Assembly (NCBI GenBank): GCA_041862375.1
Contig: JBGVTE010000141.1
Location: 83,872-147,871, forward strand
Source of the DNA: Candidatus Aminicenantaceae bacterium
Lineage (GTDB): Bacteria > Acidobacteriota > Aminicenantia > Aminicenantales > Aminicenantaceae
Direction of reading: 5' to 3'
Length of the DNA: 64,000 nucleotides
Part shown: piece after piece, positions 55,760 to 64,000 of the stretch
How positions within the stretch are numbered: the first letter of the stretch is position 1
How the letters are laid out: each line of letters starts with the position of its first letter
Notes under the pieces: model-generated
The model's input: only the letters and a program-made list of their open reading frames with translations
What the model was told of the DNA's origin: nothing
Databases searched by the model: none
Program-made: the position numbers and the translations under genes

Positions 55760-56200
55760 GTGCTTAAGATGTCAAAGAGTAGGCAAAGAGAGGAGAATTA
55801 TATAACAAACTCTGAGCATGAGACTTTTCTCCTCGGCAAGAAACTGGCTGAGAGTTTTAGAGGTGAAGAAGTTGTTCTCTTAATTGGTGAACTTGGAGCG
55901 GGGAAAACAGTTTTTACCAAAGGTATAGCTTCGGGTCTGGGGCTCAAGGATATCCATCAAGTCTGCAGTCCCTCTTTTACTCTGGTTAACATCTACCGAG
56001 CAAAGCACGTCATTTATCATGTTGACCTCTATCGTCTTGAAAAAAGTGAGGAAATCATCGATTTAGGCTGGGAAGATTTCCTCGGACAGGGAGTTATTGT
56101 TGTCGAGTGGGCTGAAAAAATTGCATTTAAACTGGAAGCAATAAAGGCTATTTTCAAGGTAGGAAAAGAATATCAGAGAGAAATAAAAATACTGAGTTAA
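55760..56200 (+). CDS. tsaE: tRNA threonylcarbamoyladenosine biosynthesis ATPase TsaE
   Basis: 'GELGAGKTVFTKG', 'CSPSFTLVNIY'; adjacent to nnr (common synteny). Confidence 0.85.
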   Translation: MLKMSKSRQREENYITNSEHETFLLGKKLAESFRGEEVVLLIGELGAGKTVFTKGIASGLGLKDIHQVCSPSFTLVNIYRAKHVIYHVDLYRLEKSEEIIDLGWEDFLGQGVIVVEWAEKIAFKLEAIKAIFKVGKEYQREIKILS

Positions 56201-56204
56201 GATT

Positions 56205-56849
56205 TTACCTTTGCTTTCTTCCTTCCTTCTCAATTGCTTTAACTAATTCTCTTGCTGTATGTCTGATGTTTTCAGAAGTCAATATTGCAGAGACAACTGC
56301 CACGCCATCAGCGCCAGCTTTAATAGTGTCTCCTGCGTTTTCGGAATTAATTCCGCCTATAGCTAAGACTGGAATTTTTACTTCTTTTGTTATGTTTTGA
56401 AGGCCTCTGAGGCCAAGGAGAGGCCTTAAATTTTTTTTGGTTTGAGTAAAGAATACAGGACCTGCCCCCAGGTAATTTGCTCCGCCTTTTTCAGCGTCTG
56501 TGGCTTCTTTGACTGTATTGACAGAGACTCCGATAAGTTTGTTCGCGCCCATAATTTTTCGGGCAAAAAAAAGAGGTAAGTCACGCTGACCAAGGTGAAC
56601 TCCCTCTGCCTCACACGATAAGGCAATGTCTATTCTATCGTTAATGATTAAGGGAATATTTTTTGCCTTTAGAATCTCTGCTGACTTTTGTCCAATTTCA
56701 AGGAATTCTCTGGTCTTGAGTTTTTTTCCTCTGAGCTGAACAATGGTGACTCCCCCTTCAACAGCTTCTGAGATACAGGAGATGATATTTTTTTCTCCAG
56801 CAACCTCAGCATCTGCTACGAGGCAAAGTTTCCAATCGATATTTTTCAT
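56205..56849 (-). CDS. thiE: Thiamine-phosphate synthase
   Basis: TMP-TENI barrel motifs 'VQLRGK', 'LIINDRIDIAL', 'GVHLGQRDLP', 'IGVSVNTV', 'YLGAGPVFFTQTK', 'VLAIGGI'. Confidence 0.9.
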   Translation of the reverse strand: MKNIDWKLCLVADAEVAGEKNIISCISEAVEGGVTIVQLRGKKLKTREFLEIGQKSAEILKAKNIPLIINDRIDIALSCEAEGVHLGQRDLPLFFARKIMGANKLIGVSVNTVKEATDAEKGGANYLGAGPVFFTQTKKNLRPLLGLRGLQNITKEVKIPVLAIGGINSENAGDTIKAGADGVAVVSAILTSENIRHTARELVKAIEKEGRKQR

Positions 56850-57124
56850 GAACTTATGTTCATAAGGCTAATTAATTTTAAAATAAGGTCATCTTAAAAA
56901 ATTATAACAAGTCGAGTACATTCAAACAAGATATCATTGCTTCATGTTAGAATCACATTTTTCATAAAGTTAAAAATGAGATATAAGCCACATACCCACG
57001 CTTTTCTTTCCTTATCACGGAAAAAAAGATGCTTAGCTTCCATTCAAGCGAATTGAAATAGGGGTGCAATTTTAGTATATATATAAGTTTAGAATATTGA
57101 TAGAAATTAAAGGAGCAGCAAAAA

Positions 57125-58174
57125 ATGAACATAATCACTGATATAGCAAATTTTATTTTGGCCAATGTTTATTTGAAATTCCTCTTTGTTACAGTCATTG
57201 CCATTATTGTTGCTTTCTTAGCTAAGGTTATCTTAAGAAATGTATTGAAGCCTCTTACTAAAAAAACCAAGACCAAGGTTGATGATTTGGTCATTAAGAG
57301 TCTTTCTTCTATAATTTTCTACATCGTTTTAGTATTGGGCTTCAGGATTGCTCTCCAGTTTTTTAAATTGAAGACAACTGTTTACAATAGTTTGATTGAT
57401 ACGCTGTTGATAATTGTTATATCCGTTTTTTTTACCAGAATTATTCACAATTTTGCCCACCAATGGATGAAGGAATGGAAGTTTAAGACAAAAGGATCTG
57501 CAGATGAAAGACTTATCCCCTTACTCCAAAAAATTTTAAAGGCAGTAGTCATCATTTTAGCTATAATTTTTATTTTTAGTGCCTGGCATATAAACATAAG
57601 TCCTCTTTTAGCTACCGCAGGAATTGCAGGTCTTGCTGTCGGCCTGGCTGTTAAAGATAGCCTGGCCAATATCCTTGGTGGTCTTCAGCTCGTTTTAGAT
57701 AAAACTTTCAAAGTAGGAGATAAGGTAGAGTTAGAGTCAGGAGAACTGGGAGTTATTTTAGATATCGGTTTGAGAAGCACAAAATTAAGGACTTATGATA
57801 ATGAGGTAATATTTATCCCGAACGGTGCCCTGGCTAATGCTAAGATAAAAAATTACACTCACCCTGATTTATCAATTCGAGTTAATGTTAATTTTGGCGT
57901 TGTATACGGTTCTGATACAGAAAGAGTAAGACAGGTTGTTTTGGAAGCAATCCAGAAAATAGATACGGTCCTTGAAGATCCCCCCTCAGAAGTCATTTTC
58001 ACAAAAATGTCAGATTTTTCACTTGATTTTATAGCCAGAGCCTGGGTTAAGTCTTATACAGAAGCTTATTCCACGTGGCTTAAGATGACAGATGAAATAT
58101 ACAATGCATTAAATAAAGCTAATATAGGAATTCCATTCCCCACTCATACGGTGTACAGCAAAAAGGTTGATTAG
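57125..58174 (+). CDS. MscS-family mechanosensitive channel
   Basis: N-terminal TM helices, then conserved MscS beta-domain 'FKVGDKVELESGELGVILDIGLRSTKLRTYDNEVIFIPNGALANAKIKNYT'. Confidence 0.85.
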   Translation: MNIITDIANFILANVYLKFLFVTVIAIIVAFLAKVILRNVLKPLTKKTKTKVDDLVIKSLSSIIFYIVLVLGFRIALQFFKLKTTVYNSLIDTLLIIVISVFFTRIIHNFAHQWMKEWKFKTKGSADERLIPLLQKILKAVVIILAIIFIFSAWHINISPLLATAGIAGLAVGLAVKDSLANILGGLQLVLDKTFKVGDKVELESGELGVILDIGLRSTKLRTYDNEVIFIPNGALANAKIKNYTHPDLSIRVNVNFGVVYGSDTERVRQVVLEAIQKIDTVLEDPPSEVIFTKMSDFSLDFIARAWVKSYTEAYSTWLKMTDEIYNALNKANIGIPFPTHTVYSKKVD

Positions 58175-58307
58175 AAAAGATATACTGCGAGCGAGAGTTA
58201 ATAGCGTTAAAAATCTGAACGGTAGCGAATCCATCCCCAAATGCCCCTTATATGAATAGCTTTATTTAATCACGGTTTTGGATATGCACTCGGACCTCCT
58301 TTATTTG

Positions 58308-58336
58308 TTGACATAAGATTACTTTTATTCTTAAAT
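58308..58336 (+). promoter_or_regulatory. Putative sigma70-type promoter upstream of apt
   Basis: TTGACA (58308-58313), 17-nt spacer, TTAAAT (58331-58336). Confidence 0.3.
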
Positions 58337-58368
58337 TAAAACAAATTTGCTTCAGAAAGGATTCAAAG

Positions 58369-58905
58369 ATGATCACACAGGCCAAAAATAAGATATGTGA
58401 GGTAAAGGATTTCCCCAAGCCAGGAATAGGATTTAAAGATATCACTCCTTTAGTACAGGATGCAGGCTGCTACAATCATGTAATCGATAAGATTGCTGCT
58501 TGGGCAAAGGAAAGAGAGCCTGAGATTGTAGCTGGAATTGAGTCAAGAGGATTCATCTTTGCAGCTCCTGTGGCCCATCATTTAAAGCTAGGTTTGTCCA
58601 TAATAAGAAAAAAAGGAAAACTTCCTCGTAAAACAGTATGTGTTCGTGCTCCGAATGAGTATGCATTAGAGTACTTTGAAATGCATACTGACAGCATTCT
58701 TCCCTCCCAGAGAGTTCTTATAGTTGACGACCTCATAGCCACTGGTTCATCTTCTATTGGCGCTATTGACCTGATAAAGAAGTTGGGAGGGAAAATAGTT
58801 GGATTTGTTTCAGTGGTAGAACTGAGTTTTTTAAAGGGAGTAGAGTGCATCAAGAAAGCTCATCCAGATGTGGAAATTCTTAGCTTGATTCAATTTGAAA
58901 AATAG
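58369..58905 (+). CDS. apt: Adenine phosphoribosyltransferase
   Basis: 'VAGIESRGFIFAAPVA', PRPP-binding 'VLIVDDLIATGSS'. Confidence 0.9.
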   Translation: MITQAKNKICEVKDFPKPGIGFKDITPLVQDAGCYNHVIDKIAAWAKEREPEIVAGIESRGFIFAAPVAHHLKLGLSIIRKKGKLPRKTVCVRAPNEYALEYFEMHTDSILPSQRVLIVDDLIATGSSSIGAIDLIKKLGGKIVGFVSVVELSFLKGVECIKKAHPDVEILSLIQFEK

Positions 58906-58914
58906 GGGGAAATA

Positions 58915-60237
58915 GTGAATTTTTTAGATCGTTTTTTCAAGCTCCAAGAAAATAATACAACGCTGAGGCAAGAATTAGTGGGTGGGACAACTACGTTTAT
59001 GACTCTGTCTTATATTATTTTTGTTCAGCCTGCTATCCTCTCGGCAACCGGGATGGATAAAGGCGCAGTCATGTTTGCCACCTGTATATCCAGTGCATTG
59101 GCTACCCTGTTGATGGGTCTTATAGCGAAATATCCGATTGCATTAGCTCCTGGTATGGGCCTCAACCTCTTCTTCGCAGTTAGTGTTTGCGGCACAATGG
59201 GATACTCGTGGCAGGTTGCCCTGGGAGCTGTCTTCATATCAGGGTCTATTTTCATTATCCTCTCTCTACTTGGAGTATGGGAGACATTAGTAGCTGCTGT
59301 TCCTGATTCTCTCAAACACGCCATTGCAGTAGGAATAGGGCTTTTTATAGCTCTTGTTGGGCTTGAGTATGGAGGGATTGTGGTTGATACACCAGGAGTC
59401 TTGGTAGGCTTGGGAGACCTGACAAGTAAGCCTATTGCTCTCGTTTTATTCGGGGTAGTTCTTACTGCGGCGCTCATGGCACTTAGAGTCCCTGGAGCTA
59501 TTCTTATAGGAATCTTAGCTACTGCAGTGCTCGGTATTCCGCTTGGAATAGTTAAATACCACGGTATACTGGCTTCTCCTCCGAGCGCTTTGCCTACTTT
59601 ATTCAAGTTAGATATCTTGGGTGCCTTAAAAACAGGGCTTATAACTGTGATTTTTACTTTTTTCTTCATTGACCTTTTCGACACAATGGGAACACTTATT
59701 GGGGTGAGTGCTCCTGCTGGGTTTCTCAAGGAAGGGAAACTTCCTCGGGCAAACAAGGCTATGCTTTCCGATGCTGTTGGAACAGTAAGCGGTGCGTTCC
59801 TTGGAACCTCGACAGTCACAAGCTATATCGAGAGTATAACAGGAATAGCCCAAGGTGCGAGAACAGGATTGGCTAATGTATTTACGTCTCTCCTATTCTT
59901 TGTTGCTCTTTTTTTCAGTCCTTTAGTTGAGATGGTAGGAGGAGAATACGTCTACAAGGACATGGTTCTCCGTCCTGTGATTGCTCCTCCCTTAATCATC
60001 GTTGGTTATTTGATGATGAGATGTGTTGCCTACATAGATTGGGAGGATTTAACTGAAGCAATTCCTGCCTTTTTAACTATTATAATTATGCCGTTGGCTC
60101 TCAGCATTACAGAAGGAATTGCTTTCGGATTTATTTCGTATTCTCTCTTGAAGCTTGTTACAGGAAAGGGAAGGGCAGTTCACTGGGTAATTTACCTTTT
60201 TGCTGTGCTGTTTGTGGTTCGTTATTTGATTAAATAA
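58915..60237 (+). CDS. NCS2-family purine permease (AzgA-like adenine/guanine/hypoxanthine transporter)
   Basis: 'ELVGGTTTFMTLSYIIFVQPAIL...ATCISSALATLLMGLIAKYPIALAPGMGLN'; directly downstream of apt. Confidence 0.85.
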   Translation: MNFLDRFFKLQENNTTLRQELVGGTTTFMTLSYIIFVQPAILSATGMDKGAVMFATCISSALATLLMGLIAKYPIALAPGMGLNLFFAVSVCGTMGYSWQVALGAVFISGSIFIILSLLGVWETLVAAVPDSLKHAIAVGIGLFIALVGLEYGGIVVDTPGVLVGLGDLTSKPIALVLFGVVLTAALMALRVPGAILIGILATAVLGIPLGIVKYHGILASPPSALPTLFKLDILGALKTGLITVIFTFFFIDLFDTMGTLIGVSAPAGFLKEGKLPRANKAMLSDAVGTVSGAFLGTSTVTSYIESITGIAQGARTGLANVFTSLLFFVALFFSPLVEMVGGEYVYKDMVLRPVIAPPLIIVGYLMMRCVAYIDWEDLTEAIPAFLTIIIMPLALSITEGIAFGFISYSLLKLVTGKGRAVHWVIYLFAVLFVVRYLIK

Positions 60238-60369
60238 GCAAGAAAAAAGGCTTCAAGATATAGTTAATAAAGAGGGTAAACTCCAGAGATAAAGCTTAAA
60301 TCATACGAGTTATCGAATATCAGAAATAACCAACTGTCCAAGGTTTTAAGAAAGGAGATCATTAAACTT

Positions 60370-62139
60370 ATGATGGAAAAAAAACTGGAATCAAAGAGAA
60401 TTAATTTAATCATTGCTTTTTTAATAATCATTATTACTGGCACGTGTGCCCGGATTCCGCATAAACCCCAGCTATTTTTTGGCCCGGGAGAGGGAAAGTG
60501 GGTAAATAAAACAATGGAGAAAATGACTATAGAGGAAAAGATCGGGCAGATGGTGGTATTGCGGTATTCAGGCTACTTTGTTAACAGAGACAGTGATTAC
60601 ATAAAAAGGCTTGAATCGTTAATTGTGGAGCGAAAAATCGGAGGCTTAATTCTTTCTGGAGGAGAGGCGTACGAAACCGCCTATTTGACGAACATGTTCC
60701 AGAATATGGCAAAAACACCATTACTTATTGCTTCAGACTTCGAAAGGGGAGCAGGGAATCAGATTAGAGGAGCTACTAAATTTCCCCCTCTGATGGGTAT
60801 TGGAGCGACTGGTTCAGAAGAGCTGGCTTATCAAATGGGGAAAATTACTGCTGTTGAAGGAAGAGCCATGGGAATTCATGTGACATATGCTCCTGTGGTC
60901 GATGTTAATATCAATCCCATAAATCCCATAATAAATGCCCGGTCCTTTGGAGAGGATCCAGAGCAGGTAAGCCTCTTGGCAAAGGCGTTCATAAGGGGCT
61001 GTCAGGAAAATGGTCTAATAGCCACAGCCAAGCATTTCCCTGGTCACGGGGATACTGATCTCGATTCCCACAGTCACCTTCCGACTGTAAATGCTGATCG
61101 AGAACGCCTGGAAAAAGTGGAGCTCTATCCTTTTAAACAGGCCATTGAGGCTGGTGTTCAGGCCATTATGACAGCTCATATTCACCTCCCTGCCCTTGAT
61201 TCCACACCAGACCTTCCCGCCACTCTTTCTCCTGTGATCCTTACAGAACTTTTAAGAAAAAGGCTTCGTTTTAAAGGAATAGTTGTTACTGATTCCATGG
61301 GAATGGGAGGAGTTACTACACTTTACGGCCCCGAGGAGGCGGCAATGATGGCTGTCAAGGCTGGAGTTGATATGGTGCTTCTTCCCCCTAAACCTGAGCA
61401 GGTTATTGGTGCGCTCATCAAGGCAGTCTCATCAGGGGATATTTCTGAAAAAAGAATTGATGTTTCTGTGAAAAGAATTCTTGAAGCAAAAGCACGCCTT
61501 GGGCTTCATAGGGAGAGATTAGTGGAAATGGATTCTATTGGCACGATTGTAGCTTCCAAAGCACATCTTCAGCAGGCTGCAAGAACATTTGAGCACTCAG
61601 TAACTCTTGTGAAAAACGACGAAGAGGTTCTTCCTATTTCTAACTCAACAGAAAAAATTGCTGTCTTTTCCTTAAGCAGTGACCCCGGGAGTTATTATGC
61701 AGGCAGGAGTTTTGTCAGTGAGGTACAAAAAAGATGTCCTTACCTAATTAGTTTCTACGCTGATTGTTATACTGGGGACGAGTTTATCAAGCAAGGAGTA
61801 GAAAACGCTTCAAATGCACAGGTGGTTATTTGTGCTCTTTTCTCTAGTCTTCGAGCGTGGAAGGGGAGTGTAGACCTCGAGCCGAGGCATATTCAACTCG
61901 TCAAAGAATTAGCTAAAGGTCCTTATCCAGTTTCCGTGGTTTCATTTGGAAGTCCATATTTTTTACGCCATTTTCCTGAAGTCGATTCATACCTCTGCGC
62001 CTACCGGGATACACCACAAGCTCAGGAGGCTGCAGCCAAAGCCCTTTTTGGGGAAATAGAAGTTAAGGGGAAATTACCTGTGACTCTTCCAGGCCTCTAT
62101 CCTATAGGTCATGGTCTGGTTTTACAAAAAAGCGAGTAA
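60370..62139 (+). CDS. Glycoside hydrolase family 3 (NagZ-like beta-hexosaminidase / beta-glucosidase), lipoprotein-like N-terminus
   Basis: 'KHFPGHGDTDLDSHSHLP' GH3 signature, 'GIVVTDSMGMGG'; N-terminal 'IIITGTCA' lipobox-like. Confidence 0.85.
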   Translation: MMEKKLESKRINLIIAFLIIIITGTCARIPHKPQLFFGPGEGKWVNKTMEKMTIEEKIGQMVVLRYSGYFVNRDSDYIKRLESLIVERKIGGLILSGGEAYETAYLTNMFQNMAKTPLLIASDFERGAGNQIRGATKFPPLMGIGATGSEELAYQMGKITAVEGRAMGIHVTYAPVVDVNINPINPIINARSFGEDPEQVSLLAKAFIRGCQENGLIATAKHFPGHGDTDLDSHSHLPTVNADRERLEKVELYPFKQAIEAGVQAIMTAHIHLPALDSTPDLPATLSPVILTELLRKRLRFKGIVVTDSMGMGGVTTLYGPEEAAMMAVKAGVDMVLLPPKPEQVIGALIKAVSSGDISEKRIDVSVKRILEAKARLGLHRERLVEMDSIGTIVASKAHLQQAARTFEHSVTLVKNDEEVLPISNSTEKIAVFSLSSDPGSYYAGRSFVSEVQKRCPYLISFYADCYTGDEFIKQGVENASNAQVVICALFSSLRAWKGSVDLEPRHIQLVKELAKGPYPVSVVSFGSPYFLRHFPEVDSYLCAYRDTPQAQEAAAKALFGEIEVKGKLPVTLPGLYPIGHGLVLQKSE

Positions 62140-62185
62140 ATAAGTATCTCCAATAAGGGACTTTAATCAGGGGAAAGTTCTACTT

Positions 62186-63769
62186 TTATTTTATGAATAA
62201 CTTTGGCAAGAAAATTAGAAATACAACAAGACATATTGTGTAGATAATTAAGGCGGAATAAGATATCTTCCAGATAGATTTTTCTTTGGGGATTTTTATT
62301 TTAAGGGAGCTTTTAAAAGACTGCTGGACCAGGTGGCTTCCGATAAAGATAATTGATACTGTGAGTAAAAATCCGATCGCGTTCCACCACATCCATGATA
62401 CCGAGGGTATAAATAACCAGAGGATGAGGTTGATTGTAACTCCTCCTGCAAGACCGATGATTGCTGGAATGGGTTTAGCCTTTGGATAAATAATCCCGAG
62501 CAAGAAGACGGCAAAAATTGGGCCGTAAAAAGTTGATCCTATTTTGTTTATCGCCTCGACGATAGTAGCAGAGATGTCATCGACGAGAAATGCGAAACAA
62601 ATGCAAAAAATTCCCCAAAAAAACGTAAATATTTTTGATAGCTTAATTTCTTCTCGATGTGTAAGTCTTTTTTTCTTGATTTTCTTATAGATATCCTCTA
62701 ATGAAGCAGCACTTAAAGAGTTGATTGAGGAATCGAGAGATGACATGGCTGCTGCCATGATGGCAATGAAGATAAGCCCGACAACTCCTGAAGGCAGTTT
62801 TTCAATAACAAACGTAGGCAGGAGATAATCATAGTTTCCTTGGGGAAGTTTTTCCATGAATTCAGTATGTTGGACAACATACGTGCCTAAAATTAATCCA
62901 ACAGTACAATATGTAAGAACCACAGGGAAGCGGAAGAGGCCGTTAAAAAGGAGGCTCCGCTTGCAATCTTTTAGACTCCTGGCTGAAAGCTCTCTCTGAA
63001 CTTGGCTCTGGTCACAACCGTAATAAGAAGCGTAGAGGAAGAAACCTCCAAAGAATAGGGGCCAGAAGCCGTAGTCTTGGCTGTCACCAAGGCCATGAAC
63101 AGTGAAGTCTACAGCTTTAAACCTAGCTGGGTCCAAGTGCTGAGAAAGAGCACTCCAACCCCCGATAATATGCAATCCTGCTAAGCCAATCACAACTATT
63201 CCTGCTAATATGATTATCATTTGAATAGTGTCTGATATTATATCAACGTGAATTCCTCCAAAGAGCTCGTAGACCATTGCTGCTGCTCCGATGAGCACAA
63301 TAGTTATCCAGAGAGAAATATGAAGTACTACTGAGAGAACAATTGCAGCTGCATAAACAGTAACTCCTGTGGCTAATCCTCGGCTCAATTGAAAAACAAG
63401 GCTCATTATAATCCTTGTCCTGGAATCGAAGCGTCTTTCCAAGTATTCATAAACACTGATTATTCTGAGGGAATGGAAAACAGGAAAGAGAAATGCCATG
63501 ATTACAACCATGGCTAAAGGAAGAGAGAGCTCATACCCTAACCATATCATGCCTCCACCGGGCTTGAGAGCAACAAAAGCTGGGGCAGAGATGAAAGAGA
63601 TTGCTCCGAGTTGGGTGGCCATCGTTGAAAAACCGATAGGAAGCCAGGGAAGCCTTCTTCCCGCCAGGTAGTAATCTTCCGATGATTTTTGCTTGAGACC
63701 CAGCCACCATCCGAGAAATATAAGGCCACCTGTATAGACGATCATGATGATCCAGTCGAGGGGCGTCAC
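62186..63769 (-). CDS. Sodium:solute symporter family (SSS) transporter
   Basis: GTG start; 'YYLAGRRLPW', 13-14 TM; typical SSS N-terminus. Confidence 0.85.
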   Translation of the reverse strand: MTPLDWIIMIVYTGGLIFLGWWLGLKQKSSEDYYLAGRRLPWLPIGFSTMATQLGAISFISAPAFVALKPGGGMIWLGYELSLPLAMVVIMAFLFPVFHSLRIISVYEYLERRFDSRTRIIMSLVFQLSRGLATGVTVYAAAIVLSVVLHISLWITIVLIGAAAMVYELFGGIHVDIISDTIQMIIILAGIVVIGLAGLHIIGGWSALSQHLDPARFKAVDFTVHGLGDSQDYGFWPLFFGGFFLYASYYGCDQSQVQRELSARSLKDCKRSLLFNGLFRFPVVLTYCTVGLILGTYVVQHTEFMEKLPQGNYDYLLPTFVIEKLPSGVVGLIFIAIMAAAMSSLDSSINSLSAASLEDIYKKIKKKRLTHREEIKLSKIFTFFWGIFCICFAFLVDDISATIVEAINKIGSTFYGPIFAVFLLGIIYPKAKPIPAIIGLAGGVTINLILWLFIPSVSWMWWNAIGFLLTVSIIFIGSHLVQQSFKSSLKIKIPKEKSIWKISYSALIIYTICLVVFLIFLPKLFIK

Positions 63770-63781
63770 AGAAGAGCCTTA

Positions 63782-64000
63782 TTCTTTTTTATCCCAGTTT
63801 TCTATCAGATATGGCTTTAATATTTCAAATTCAAGGCAAATTTTTTCTATTTCTTCTTCAGCTTCTTGGTTACTCATGTCTCTTGTCTTCTGCACATATG
63901 ACGCAATGAAGCCAAAATAGAAGGGAATCATGGATTCGAGAACTAAAGGAAGACTCATCTCTATGAATACATGTTTGAATCTATTGTAGAAGCAGATATA
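63782..64000 (-). CDS. Hypothetical protein, C-terminal part only (gene continues beyond window end); stop 12 nt upstream of the SSS transporter start
   Basis: The reverse frame is open from the window end and terminates in ...EEEIEKICLEFEILKPYLIENWDKKE*; the tight spacing suggests co-transcription with the symporter. Confidence 0.4.

Noticed and set aside
56850-57124. Possible TPP riboswitch upstream of thiE
   Set aside because: I looked for thi-box hallmarks (GGGGUGC ... CUGAGA ... ACCUGAUCUGGAUAAUGCCAGCG) on the minus strand and found none. A 'ggggtgc' occurs only on the + strand without the partner motifs. The region instead contains a copy of the 'cacggaaaaaaagatg' repeat.

Overview
This is a 64-kb chromosomal segment that is mostly AT-rich (~37-40% GC) and gene-dense. 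OM beta-barrel-like proteins with a C-terminal Phe and Tat/Sec signal peptides indicate a diderm, probably anaerobic, uncultivated-type bacterium. I count about 60 protein genes, one tRNA-Leu(GAG), no rRNA and no CRISPR array.

Housekeeping blocks:
- gap-pgk-tpiA-secG
- nnr-tsaE, thiE, apt-azgA
- tldD-pmbA, and a Trx2-like thioredoxin
- Fur/PerR-like regulator next to a di-heme cytochrome c peroxidase
- fused ADP-forming acetyl-CoA synthetase next to a Pyrococcus-type protein disulfide oxidoreductase

Accessory content:
- three tandem alkaline-phosphatase-superfamily (type I phosphodiesterase-like) paralogs
- two ABC-2 ATPase/permease pairs
- a GC-rich LolD/HlyD/FtsX efflux cassette
- a PadR + giant FtsX permease islet next to the tRNA

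Most notable observations:
- the only phosphoglycerate mutase is a single-ORF, circularly permuted iPGM with catalytic residues intact
- a compact short peptide / membrane protein / radical-SAM(twitch) locus sits divergent from an ABC exporter, in a RiPP-like arrangement
- a second orphan rSAM/partial-SPASM enzyme
- a truncated HMG-CoA-reductase-like protein that appears to lack the catalytic flap
- a PlsY fused to a dolichol-kinase-like domain
- a Trx2-like gene with no canonical start codon
- a family of short dispersed intergenic repeats, and a 195-bp GC-rich nested palindrome
- a decayed tRNA-Leu 3' copy marking an old integration site

All functional calls rest on motif recognition by eye; no database search was possible.
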